Shown here in pieces: positions 8,835 through 17,591 of a stretch of 35,951 bases of DNA. The notes below the pieces were generated by a model that saw nothing but the letters and a program-made list of their open reading frames with translations, was not told where the DNA came from and searched no databases. The position numbers and the translations under genes were made by a program. The DNA lies in assembly GCA_964394055.1 (NCBI GenBank), contig CAYMWT010000001.1, positions 1 to 35,951 of the forward strand, written 5' to 3'. The first letter of the stretch is position 1. Each line of letters opens with the position of its first letter. This stretch comes from an uncultured Oscillospiraceae bacterium (lineage in GTDB: Bacteria > Bacillota > Clostridia > Oscillospirales > Oscillospiraceae).

Positions 8835-10599
8835 TTTGCACCTCGGTTTCGTAATATTCCTCGTCTGTGACAGCAGGAATACAGATCTCGATTCGTTTAT
8901 GATTTTTTGGCAGTGAAAACACCTGGAATGTATACTGGTCCGGATAGAGGATCGCTAAGCGCCTGATGATTCCGGACAGTCCAAATCCCAGCCGGTTGGA
9001 GAAATCCGTCCCCTTTGCCATCATTTGCCCCACCGCGTCCAGCACATCCTGGGGCAGTGCGCCGCTGGAATCCTCCACGCAAAGAAGCAGTCTGTCCTTT
9101 GTGTGCTGTGCCGTCAAATAAATCTGTGTTTGTTCCGCATTGTCATCATTTCGAAAATACTTGAGCGCGTTTTCCACCAGCGGCTGCAACAGCAGGCTGG
9201 GCATCATCATCGTGCGGCATTCCTCATCCACGAAACGCTTTTTATACACCTGAGGCTCACCAAATACGTTCTGATAAAGCGCAATATATTCATCTATGGT
9301 TCGGAACTCCTCATCAACAGTGGACATCTTCTTGTCGATGCTGTCCATATTCCTTCGAATGTATCGGCTGGCATGTACCACCAGCTGTTCCACCTTGTCT
9401 GTTTCCCCGGCTGCCGCGTAGGAGTTCAGCGCCCCCAATATGTTGCTGATGAAATGGGGCGCGATCTGGGCCTGTATGGATCGGAACTGGAGATCCAGCA
9501 GCTCATAGCGGACATTGTCCCGTTCTATTTGCTGATTGAGGATCTGCTGATACATGTCCTCAATCTTGTCGAGCATTTCATTGAAGCTTCCCGCAAGCTC
9601 CGCTATCTCGTCCTTTCCCCCAATGGAAATCCGCTCCTCCGGATGGTTTTCTCCGATGTGCTGTATTTGCCGCATCATGCGGGATGTTTTCTTTGTCAGC
9701 GAATAGGAAATCACATAGGAAAGGACAAGACTCATGGCAATCAGCACAATGCTGATGGCCGTTATGCTGGAATTCATTTTATAATAGGACGCAAGCTTTT
9801 CCTTTTGGCTGATCAGGAACATCACATGCCAATCCGTGGCTCCCTGACTGTGAATGTAAAGGTTATACTCCTCGCCCCCGTAACGCACGCTGTCCATAGC
9901 GTCCACATTTTGGATTCCCGCGGAATAGGCGGTAAGCAGCAGCTCCCTGTTTTCTGCCTCGCTGCCCCATTCGATTACCATGTTGTGATCCGCGTCAAAA
10001 ATACACAGGGTTCCTTCGCTGATCCCGTGAATACCGGTCATGGCAAACATACTCTCCTGGTTGATCTGGACGATCAGGCAGCCAATCCGTTTATACGGAT
10101 ACATCCTGTATATTGCCCTGCTGACATACAGGTAGCCCTGGTCGTCCTGAAACCACTGGGTATCCTTGGGGGTATCAAACAGCCCCTCCTGGTACTTCTT
10201 TTCAAATTCCGAAGGAGAAATCAAGGCATCCGCGCCGGAATAGGTGAAGATATTCCCGTCTTCCTCGTTAATCAGGTACGCGCTTTGAACATAATACGTG
10301 GAGTCCGTTATGCTTTGCAGGAAATGGGTGATTTGCAGCGCGCGGGAACCCGTACTCGTAGGGAAGGCCATCACAGAGGCAATCCCCTCCGAACGGATGA
10401 TATCAAAAAGATAATGCTCAATATCATCCGATATATAGGAAAAGCTCAGCCCCGTCTGGATGGTGGTACTGACAATGCTTGCGTTGCGCTCCTTCTCCAC
10501 GCTTTCTTTCAGCTGCATCAGGGAAATCAGGCTCAGCATCGCAATCATCATCACGCACAGCAGGATCATGGCAAGAGAAATACGCATTTTAATTTTCAT
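8809..10599 (-). CDS. Sensor histidine kinase, YesM/LytS-type (two TM helices, extracellular sensor, HAMP)
   Basis: N-terminal and mid-protein hydrophobic helices, KDEIAELAGSFNEML HAMP, AQIAPHFISNIL H-box, LLQPLVENALKY N-box, GFGL. Confidence 0.9.
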   Translation of the reverse strand: MKIKMRISLAMILLCVMMIAMLSLISLMQLKESVEKERNASIVSTTIQTGLSFSYISDDIEHYLFDIIRSEGIASVMAFPTSTGSRALQITHFLQSITDSTYYVQSAYLINEEDGNIFTYSGADALISPSEFEKKYQEGLFDTPKDTQWFQDDQGYLYVSRAIYRMYPYKRIGCLIVQINQESMFAMTGIHGISEGTLCIFDADHNMVIEWGSEAENRELLLTAYSAGIQNVDAMDSVRYGGEEYNLYIHSQGATDWHVMFLISQKEKLASYYKMNSSITAISIVLIAMSLVLSYVISYSLTKKTSRMMRQIQHIGENHPEERISIGGKDEIAELAGSFNEMLDKIEDMYQQILNQQIERDNVRYELLDLQFRSIQAQIAPHFISNILGALNSYAAAGETDKVEQLVVHASRYIRRNMDSIDKKMSTVDEEFRTIDEYIALYQNVFGEPQVYKKRFVDEECRTMMMPSLLLQPLVENALKYFRNDDNAEQTQIYLTAQHTKDRLLLCVEDSSGALPQDVLDAVGQMMAKGTDFSNRLGFGLSGIIRRLAILYPDQYTFQVFSLPKNHKRIEICIPAVTDEEYYETEVQNDRNSNQK

Positions 10600-10603
10600 C
10601 CTG

Positions 10604-11341
10604 TCATTCCTTTCCGCCGCTTAAATTCTTCCGGAATTCGCTGGGAGAAATTTTTTCACTCCGGACGAACACCTTGTAAAAGGTCAGATAATCGCTGTAG
10701 CCCACCCGCTGGGCAATGTCCGAAATATTCAGATAGGGAACCGCGAGCAGCTCCTTGGCCCGCTGGAGCCGTATGTCTGTAACCAGATCCACATAGCGCA
10801 TATTGGTCTCTTTTTTAATAAGCCTGCCAAGCTTCGACGGGCTCATTTCGAAGTGATCCGCCACCATTTCCAACGTCACGGAATCATAGGCCGCGTTTTC
10901 AAGGTAATCGAGAATGCTGCGCATCATCGGGGAATAGCTGTCTTCTGTATTTTCCGGATGCTCGTCCCTTTTCAGCTCTGTCAATGCTTTGTCAACGGCG
11001 TCTCTCAGCTCGCTCTGTGTAAACGGTTTTATCAGGTAATCGCAGGCATTGAGCTTCAGGGCCTGATGGGCATAGGAAAATTTCTCATAGGCAGAAATAA
11101 AGATCAGTTTGCTGTTTGGAATACAATTCTGGGTCATTTCGATCATTTGCAATCCGGAAAGCCCGGGCATTTCAATATCTGTAATGATGAGATCCGGTTT
11201 GAACCGTTCAATCGCTTCTCTTCCGGAAACACCGTTATGCAGTACCGCTACTACCTTGCAGCCCAGCTCTTCCCAGGGGATGGCATGGAGAATATGCATT
11301 GCAATGGGCTTATTATCATCCATAATTAAAACAGAAACCAT
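10604..11341 (-). CDS. Response regulator with AraC-type output domain (YesN-like)
   Basis: VLIMDD, ITDIEMPG, DYLIKP receiver motifs; C-terminal ISDIAQRVGYSD..F.KVF....SPSEFR AraC signature; start moved to 11341 (GAAGGTG RBS). Confidence 0.92.
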   Translation of the reverse strand: MVSVLIMDDNKPIAMHILHAIPWEELGCKVVAVLHNGVSGREAIERFKPDLIITDIEMPGLSGLQMIEMTQNCIPNSKLIFISAYEKFSYAHQALKLNACDYLIKPFTQSELRDAVDKALTELKRDEHPENTEDSYSPMMRSILDYLENAAYDSVTLEMVADHFEMSPSKLGRLIKKETNMRYVDLVTDIRLQRAKELLAVPYLNISDIAQRVGYSDYLTFYKVFVRSEKISPSEFRKNLSGGKE

Positions 11342-11422
11342 ATCTTCACCTTCCTGGAGGCCTCTGAGAACCCTTTCATGAAATCGGCGGAGGCTGACAG
11401 TCAAGCCCGATTCCGGGGATCC

Positions 11423-12220
11423 CTACCCAATGCTTTCCCAGTTCTTCTGATATTGCAGCAGACATGCGGACACGCCGGAGTCCACCACCAGGCCTGTTCC
11501 GGTTATGGTGGAAGCCTCCTCGGAGGCAAGGAAATACACGGACTTCGCGATATCCTCGGGATAGGACTCCCGGCCCAGAGGCCAATTTGCCCTGCGCTGC
11601 TCCTTCTCCTCCTCGGTCTGCTCCACAAATTGCTGATTGACGATGGCACCGGCTACCACGCAATTCACCCGTATTCCATATTTTCCCAGCTCATAAGCGC
11701 AGTTTCGGGTCATGACCTCAATACCGCCCTTGGATATGGCATAGGGAATGCGGTTTGGCAGAGCTCCCCGGGAATGGACAGAACCAATGAGCACGATGCG
11801 TCCCTTGATCCCTGTCTCAATCATCAGCTTTGCCGCCGCCTGAGTTCCAAAGAAGTATCCCTTCAGGTTGGCATTGACAACGCTGTCGAAGACCTCCTCT
11901 GTGGTGCTGAGAATGCTTTTATAACGGCAAATCGCGCAGGCATTGGCAACGAACACATCCAGCCGTCCGAAAGCCGCTCTGACGCTTTCAAAGGCCGCTG
12001 TGGTTTCCGCCACATTCGGCGGATCCATCTGTACCGGAAGAAATTTCGCCTCCGGTACGGCCTCTGACAACCTCCGCACCGCTGCCTGTGCTTTCTCATA
12101 GCTTCTGGAGGTAACACAGACATCGTAACCTCTCTGGGCAAAGAGCTTTGCTGTGGCAAAGCCTGTATACTGAGTTGCGCCTGTAACCATCGCTACAGGA
12201 CGGGTGTTCCCACTTTCCAT
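11423..12220 (-). CDS. Short-chain dehydrogenase/reductase (SDR)
   Basis: VAMVTGATQYTG (variant Gly motif), FGRLDVFVANA, catalytic S and YAISK, GIRVN, LVVDSG. Confidence 0.9.
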   Translation of the reverse strand: MESGNTRPVAMVTGATQYTGFATAKLFAQRGYDVCVTSRSYEKAQAAVRRLSEAVPEAKFLPVQMDPPNVAETTAAFESVRAAFGRLDVFVANACAICRYKSILSTTEEVFDSVVNANLKGYFFGTQAAAKLMIETGIKGRIVLIGSVHSRGALPNRIPYAISKGGIEVMTRNCAYELGKYGIRVNCVVAGAIVNQQFVEQTEEEKEQRRANWPLGRESYPEDIAKSVYFLASEEASTITGTGLVVDSGVSACLLQYQKNWESIG

Positions 12221-12224
12221 CTCT

Positions 12225-12254
12225 ATTATACCCCTTTCACTGGTTCAATTGCAA
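12225..12254 (-). promoter_or_regulatory. Possible internal sigma-A promoter for the SDR-regulator-kinase-epimerase genes
   Basis: Minus strand TTGCAA-18 nt-TATAAT, ending 4 nt before the SDR ATG. Confidence 0.4.
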
Positions 12255-12265
12255 TCCTCAATTGT

Positions 12266-12300
12266 CAATGTTCCTGAGATTGTCAGTCTCAGGAACATTG
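12266..12300. repeat. Perfect 14-bp inverted repeat after the dehydratase gene
   Basis: CAATGTTCCTGAGA-ttgtcag-TCTCAGGAACATTG; no U-tract on the minus strand. Confidence 0.7.
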
Positions 12301-12326
12301 CTGTTGGCCGCGGAAAAATACGGCGA

Positions 12327-14000
12327 TTACTTCCAGGTAGCGCCCTTGGAGGTGGAGGTTACACTGTTCACGAAGGTGCGCAGCATGGGCTTGACATCCT
12401 TCAAGGTCGGCTCCCAGTGCACCCGCGCCAATCGGGCGTCAATCACATCCTGGGGAACGTCAAGGTGAATCGTCCGATTGGGGATATCGATAATCACCTT
12501 ATCCCCATTCTCTACCGCTGCCAGGGGGCCGCCAATGGCGGCTTCCGGCGCAATGTAGCCTATGGAAAGTCCGGAGGTGCCGCCGGAGAACCGGCCGTCC
12601 GTAATAATGGCAACACTGTTTTTCAGGCTTGCCATACCGGCGATGGTCTTCTGGAAGGTAAATGCCGTGGTACCAAATCGTCCCTTGGGGCCAAGATAAC
12701 GGATCACCACCGCGTCGCCGGGTACGATCTTTCCGGCAAGCAGATCCCTGGTTGCGTCATCCACTTCATGATACACCTTGACAATTCCTTCAAAGTGCAT
12801 CTGGCCCTCATGAACCGCGGCGGATTTTACAATGGCTCCCTCCGGCGCGATATTGCCCTTGAGCACCGCGATCCCTCCGTCATTCATTAAGGGATTGTCC
12901 AGGGAACGAATGATGTCTGTATCGTAAATCGGGGCGTTTTCGTTGTTCTCCCGGATCGTCTTGCCGTTGACGGTCATGCAGTCTCCATGCAGCACCGGAA
13001 GCAGGTTTTTCAGGACGCCCCGCATTCCTCCGGCCCGATCCCATTCCCGGAAGGAATATTTGGTGCTGGGCGCAATGCCCACCAGCCAGGGGATCTTGTG
13101 GGACATTTCATCAAAGTATTCCCACCAGTTGCGATCCAGGCCTGCCTCATGGGCAATTGCCGGCAGATGCAGCAGCAGGTTGGTCGAGCCGGCAATGGCA
13201 ATGTCGGTGATAATGGCGTTTTTAATGGCCTCCTCGGTAATGATGTCCCGGGCAGTGATGCCCTTCTTTACCATCTCCATAACGGCCTTACCGGCTTCGT
13301 AGCCCATAGCGCCCAGACGCTTGTCGCAGGCATCTATGGTGGCGTTTCCGGGAAGCGTCATACCCATTGCCTCCGCCACACAGCACATAGAGCTGGCAGT
13401 CGTCATGGTACCGCAGGCGCCGCAGCCATAGTGCCCGGCATATACCATCTCATCGAAGTCCTCTCTGGGATAGGAGCCCTCCACGACCTTGCCGACCGTG
13501 GACGAGATCTCGGTTAAATTCAGCTCCCTGCCCCGGAAGCAGGCGTTGGGCATATAGCCGCCTGTCACCATAATCGTGGGGATGTCGCATCGTGCCGCTG
13601 CCATCAGCTGGCCCGGAACCACAGAATCGCAGGTAGAAAGCAGAACCATGCCGTCGAACATATTGGATTCCACATTCAGCTCCACCTCGTCCGCCACCAG
13701 GTTTCGGCTGGGAAGCTCAATATACCGGGGATCCTTCAGTACCATGCCATCGCAGATACCGGTGGTGGTGACCTCAAAGGGAAGGCCGCCGGCCTCCCGA
13801 ATGCCATCCTTAACACGCTGCGCGACCTCACGCAGATGTACATGCCCGGGATTGTATTCATTCCAGGAGTTCACAACGGCGATGTAGGGGCGCTTTACCT
13901 CTTCCTTTGTATATCCCATGCCATAGAGCATACCATCACGTTTGACGCTGGCAACGCCAAAATCCCATTTGCTTCGCATGAACATCTTATTTTCTTCCAT
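12327..14000 (-). CDS. IlvD/Edd-family dehydratase (probably sugar-acid dehydratase)
   Basis: NPGHVHL, GICDG, SRNLVAD, TCD..VPG, GACGTMTTASSM, GSTN..LHL, KGNIAPEGAIVK, ITDGRFSG motifs. Confidence 0.93.
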   Translation of the reverse strand: MEENKMFMRSKWDFGVASVKRDGMLYGMGYTKEEVKRPYIAVVNSWNEYNPGHVHLREVAQRVKDGIREAGGLPFEVTTTGICDGMVLKDPRYIELPSRNLVADEVELNVESNMFDGMVLLSTCDSVVPGQLMAAARCDIPTIMVTGGYMPNACFRGRELNLTEISSTVGKVVEGSYPREDFDEMVYAGHYGCGACGTMTTASSMCCVAEAMGMTLPGNATIDACDKRLGAMGYEAGKAVMEMVKKGITARDIITEEAIKNAIITDIAIAGSTNLLLHLPAIAHEAGLDRNWWEYFDEMSHKIPWLVGIAPSTKYSFREWDRAGGMRGVLKNLLPVLHGDCMTVNGKTIRENNENAPIYDTDIIRSLDNPLMNDGGIAVLKGNIAPEGAIVKSAAVHEGQMHFEGIVKVYHEVDDATRDLLAGKIVPGDAVVIRYLGPKGRFGTTAFTFQKTIAGMASLKNSVAIITDGRFSGGTSGLSIGYIAPEAAIGGPLAAVENGDKVIIDIPNRTIHLDVPQDVIDARLARVHWEPTLKDVKPMLRTFVNSVTSTSKGATWK

Positions 14001-14035
14001 AATCGCTTTCCTCCGTTACATAAAAATGAGCGTTT

Positions 14036-14929
14036 TTAATAACAGGAACATAGCCTTTTCCACTGTGAAACAATGCTATCCTTTTGCTGGTCAGTGAATG
14101 ACAGGTAAGGGGATGTCATGGTATCGCCGCAAACTCCCATATGCTCCAATATCACCTTCAGCTCCTGGGGATAGCGTCCCTGGGAGGTGATCACCGCCAC
14201 ATAGTCCAGCAGCTTTTTCTGAAGGATTTCCGCCTCCGCTTCGTTGCCGTCCTTCCATGCCTGGTACAGCCGGGGAGCCAGTGAGGGCGCCACATTCCCG
14301 ACCACGGTAACGCCTGCCTTGCAGCCCCATTGGAAGCTCTTTAAAAAGATCCGGTCACTTCCCTGTATTACAGAAAAATCCTCTCTGAACCGGGTCGCGG
14401 CCACCAGCTCCCGCACCAGCTGCTCATCCCGGTCGCTTTCCTTGATCCCCTGGATTCTGGGATCCGCCGCAAGTCTGGATACCAGGGATGCCGTCAGCTT
14501 TGTACCCACAAATCGGGAGATATTGTAAAGATATACAGGCAAGCGGGTCGCCTGGGCAATCTCCTCATAGTATTTCACCAGCGAATCCTCCCCAAAGGGA
14601 TAGAAGCAGGGAGCCGTCACGATCACGGCGTCCGCGCCACATTCTTCTGCCTGAAGGCAGTTTTCAATGGCCAGCCTGGTGGAGGTTGCGCCGCAGCCCA
14701 CCATCATTGGGGTTTCCGCCGGAATATTCCGGCGCAGCCGCTTCAGGAAGGTCTCCTTAGCCGCCGCCGTGAGGGCGATCTGCTCGCCGGTGGAGCCCAA
14801 AGCCAGAATGCCGTGGATTCCCCCGGTCAGAACCTTCTCCACCAGCTTTTCGGTTCCGGCTATGTCAATGGATTCATCGGAATTCAGCGGCGTGACCAAC
14901 GCGCAGTAAATCCCTTCAGCAGCTTTCAT
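14036..14929 (-). CDS. DHDPS/NanA-family class I aldolase (2-keto-3-deoxy-aldonate aldolase-like)
   Basis: ALVTP, LGSTGE, LYN, GIKES (Schiff-base Lys); adjacent to the dehydratase. Confidence 0.9.
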   Translation of the reverse strand: MKAAEGIYCALVTPLNSDESIDIAGTEKLVEKVLTGGIHGILALGSTGEQIALTAAAKETFLKRLRRNIPAETPMMVGCGATSTRLAIENCLQAEECGADAVIVTAPCFYPFGEDSLVKYYEEIAQATRLPVYLYNISRFVGTKLTASLVSRLAADPRIQGIKESDRDEQLVRELVAATRFREDFSVIQGSDRIFLKSFQWGCKAGVTVVGNVAPSLAPRLYQAWKDGNEAEAEILQKKLLDYVAVITSQGRYPQELKVILEHMGVCGDTMTSPYLSFTDQQKDSIVSQWKRLCSCY

Positions 14930-16142
14930 TCTGTACCTCCTGGCCTATGACCCTTCGTGTGTTCATTGCCACCATCCACTCTTCATCGGTGGGCAGCACC
15001 ATGATTTTTACCCTGGCATCCGCCGCTGAGATCACCGCGCCATCCCCAGGCAAATTGCCTGTAGCCAACCGGTTGGCCTGCGGATCCAGCTGTATGCCAA
15101 AGGATTCCATATCTTTACAGATCATCTGACGCAAATCGCTGTCATTTTCTCCGATTCCCCCGGAAAAGGTAATGACGTCCACCCCGTTCATCTGTGTGAG
15201 AAGCCCGCCAATGTTCTTCTTAATGCAGTACACAAAATGCGCAATGGTCATCTTTGCCCGGGGATCTGTGCTCTCCTTGAGCACCCGCATATCTCCACTG
15301 ATTCCGGAAAGACCCAGCAAGCCGCTGTCCACGCTGAGAATTTCCCGCATTTGCGCCGGTGTCAGATTTTCCTTCTCCATCAGATACAGCACGGAAAACA
15401 CATCCAGATCCCCATTGCGGTTGTTGTTGGGAAGCCCTGCCTGGGGGGAAAAGCCCATGGTCGTATCCAATGACTTTCCATTCCGAATGGCGCACAGTGA
15501 GGAGCTGCCTCCCAGATGACAGCTGATGATCCGCGGATTCTCCCTGCCCATCAGCTGGTTCACTTTCCACGCCACATAGCTGTGGGAGGCACCATGGAAC
15601 CCATATTTTCGCAGTCCGTATTTTTCACGGTACACCTCCGGGAACGGATATACATATGCGGCCTCAGGAATTGTGCGGTGAAACCCTGTTTCAAAGGAAG
15701 CTACCAGAGGTGTGTCGGGCATAAGCTCTCCAAAGGTTCGCATGGCCGCAATGTACGGCGGATTGTGCGCCGGCGCCACAAACGCGTATTTCTCCATCTC
15801 CTGGAGCAGCTTTTCGGTAACCAGCGCCGGATAATTGATCCTTCCCGCGAGAACCGCCTTAAAGCCCACGCCTCCAATGGCCTCCAGTCCCGGGATCATC
15901 CCTGTGGATCCGTCCGTCAGCACCGCAAGCATTCGTTGAATACACCGCTCGTAGCCTGCCGACGCGTCCAGTGTCTCCCTTCCATGCTGCTGTCCGTTCT
16001 GCCAGGTATACCGCGCAGCAGCTGTGAAGACATTTTCGGTCTTCCCCTTCGCCAGGCACCTCCCCTCTGCCATATCAAACAGCTTATATTTAAAAGATGT
16101 ACTGCCCACATTCACCACGAGAATGATGTCTTTTCTATTCAT
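14916..16142 (-). CDS. Acetate/propionate kinase family protein, divergent subtype
   Basis: VVNVGSTSFK, APAHN, FETGFH, RKYGFHGASH, CHLGGSSS, FSGGIGEN, PTDEE motifs. Confidence 0.92.
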   Translation of the reverse strand: MNRKDIILVVNVGSTSFKYKLFDMAEGRCLAKGKTENVFTAAARYTWQNGQQHGRETLDASAGYERCIQRMLAVLTDGSTGMIPGLEAIGGVGFKAVLAGRINYPALVTEKLLQEMEKYAFVAPAHNPPYIAAMRTFGELMPDTPLVASFETGFHRTIPEAAYVYPFPEVYREKYGLRKYGFHGASHSYVAWKVNQLMGRENPRIISCHLGGSSSLCAIRNGKSLDTTMGFSPQAGLPNNNRNGDLDVFSVLYLMEKENLTPAQMREILSVDSGLLGLSGISGDMRVLKESTDPRAKMTIAHFVYCIKKNIGGLLTQMNGVDVITFSGGIGENDSDLRQMICKDMESFGIQLDPQANRLATGNLPGDGAVISAADARVKIMVLPTDEEWMVAMNTRRVIGQEVQNESC

Positions 16143-17412
16143 CCTTCAAACCATATCTTTCTCCATAGCCAAGGATCGCTGCCTCAAAACAGCCCATGGG
16201 CACATGGGCCACACCGGCGCCAAGCCGTTTGCCGCTGGTGGAGATCATGCCTCCATGAATGACAGGCTCCAGACCGGTGCGAAGAACCTTTCGGATGTCA
16301 ATGCCCAGGGGAGAGCCCTGATAGTCCAACGCGGGGATCAGATAGGACTCATGCCGCGCCAGGGTGATCTGTTCCGCGTTGCGGCTGCGTTCTATGCCGT
16401 CCATCCAGCTCAGACCCTGGCTTCTCAAAACTGCGGGCGCCGCCGCCGCGGCACTGCCGCCCAGGCCCACCGCTTCCAGCATACAGCTGTCCCCGATCCA
16501 GGGCAGGACATCCTCGGCCTTGACATCCGATGCCACCAGTTCGCCCTCCAGACGGGGGGCAGGCGCGGTAAACCATTGATTGCCGCAGCCGGAGACCTTG
16601 ATCCCGTAGGTAACCCCGTTGCCTTCCATGGCCGTAACCACCGTGGAATAGGGAATATTTCGTACCGTTTCCAAAGCAGCCATTGCGGATGCCATGCCCA
16701 GAGGATGGAAAAACCGCACCGTGCCAAAAATCAGATCCATGCACAGCTTCTTTTCCTCGGCGCGCATGGTCTCAGTATCAAAGATCATTTTTGCCAGTTC
16801 GTTGGTCAGGATCAGGCCGCAGGCATCCTGTCTGCTGTGAAGCTCGTCGCCCATTTCCACACCGCGGACCATGATCCGCTTCAGGCCCATTCCGCCGACA
16901 CTTTCCAGCATTCTGGTGATGGCAGGGCCAATGGTATCCCGCATCAGATTCAGATGGGCATGGATGGCCTCATTGTAAATGCCCCATCCTGCCAGGCCGC
17001 CGCGGTTGGGGCCTTCAAAGGGGGCGCAAAAGCCCTTTACACCGGAGTATCGATCCTCCACCACATTCATGACCATGTGGGGCGTGGCGATTCCGGAACC
17101 GGGAACCACAATATGGTAGTCATTGCCGGGCGCGAAGGTGATCTCTCCGCTTTTCAGCATCGCCTCCGCTTCTTCCGGGGTTTTGGCGTATCCTTCATAC
17201 AGCACGCCGTTAATTCCACCCTGCCGCTGGGTCTGACACATCTCCTCCCAGGGAATATCCGGGCCGGAGTGGAGAATGATTCCTTCCTTCATGTCCGGAA
17301 CCACTTCGATGGCGGGCTTCATGCCGACCCAATAGGGATCGCTGTTTTGCAGGAAGTCTATCACCTTCTCGTTGGCCAGTTGGATTTCCTTTGCAACAGA
17401 CTTTGTATTCAT
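16135..17412 (-). CDS. DUF1116 protein (YlbE/YahG, AllG-like subunit)
   Basis: ILHSGP.I.W..MC, GDELHSR, TVVTAM.GNG..YGI, IGDS...E..GLG, PLGIDI, P.IHGG.......GAG motifs; ATG at 17412 is best spaced from the GGAG RBS. Confidence 0.85.
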   Translation of the reverse strand: MNTKSVAKEIQLANEKVIDFLQNSDPYWVGMKPAIEVVPDMKEGIILHSGPDIPWEEMCQTQRQGGINGVLYEGYAKTPEEAEAMLKSGEITFAPGNDYHIVVPGSGIATPHMVMNVVEDRYSGVKGFCAPFEGPNRGGLAGWGIYNEAIHAHLNLMRDTIGPAITRMLESVGGMGLKRIMVRGVEMGDELHSRQDACGLILTNELAKMIFDTETMRAEEKKLCMDLIFGTVRFFHPLGMASAMAALETVRNIPYSTVVTAMEGNGVTYGIKVSGCGNQWFTAPAPRLEGELVASDVKAEDVLPWIGDSCMLEAVGLGGSAAAAAPAVLRSQGLSWMDGIERSRNAEQITLARHESYLIPALDYQGSPLGIDIRKVLRTGLEPVIHGGMISTSGKRLGAGVAHVPMGCFEAAILGYGERYGLKDE

Positions 17413-17417
17413 GATCA

Positions 17418-17591
17418 TCACTCCATTTTCTCCAGAATTTTTAGAATCTCAGGACTGAGATGCACTTCCTTCGGAGGGTGCCAGTCGATCATCACCACAT
17501 CCGCCTTCTGGCTCACCAGCGCATCTCCCAGCAGCCGTGCGCCAATGTTCACCGCCCGAATTGGTTCGGAAAAAATACCGGATTCCTTCAT
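17418..17591 (-). CDS. 57-aa FdrA-associated small protein (absent from the ORF track)
   Basis: Manual translation MKESGIFSEPIRAVNIGARLLGDALVSQKADVVMIDWHPPKEVHLSPEILKILEKME; ATGA overlap with fdrA stop; VNIG...L..Q...V..IDW.PP matches the FdrA C-terminal segment. Confidence 0.8.
   Translation of the reverse strand: MKESGIFSEPIRAVNIGARLLGDALVSQKADVVMIDWHPPKEVHLSPEILKILEKME

Noticed and set aside
12327-14929. Calling the pair biosynthetic ilvD and dapA
   Set aside because: Catabolic context with no other ilv or dap genes; the pairing is typical of sugar-acid breakdown, so gene symbols were withheld.
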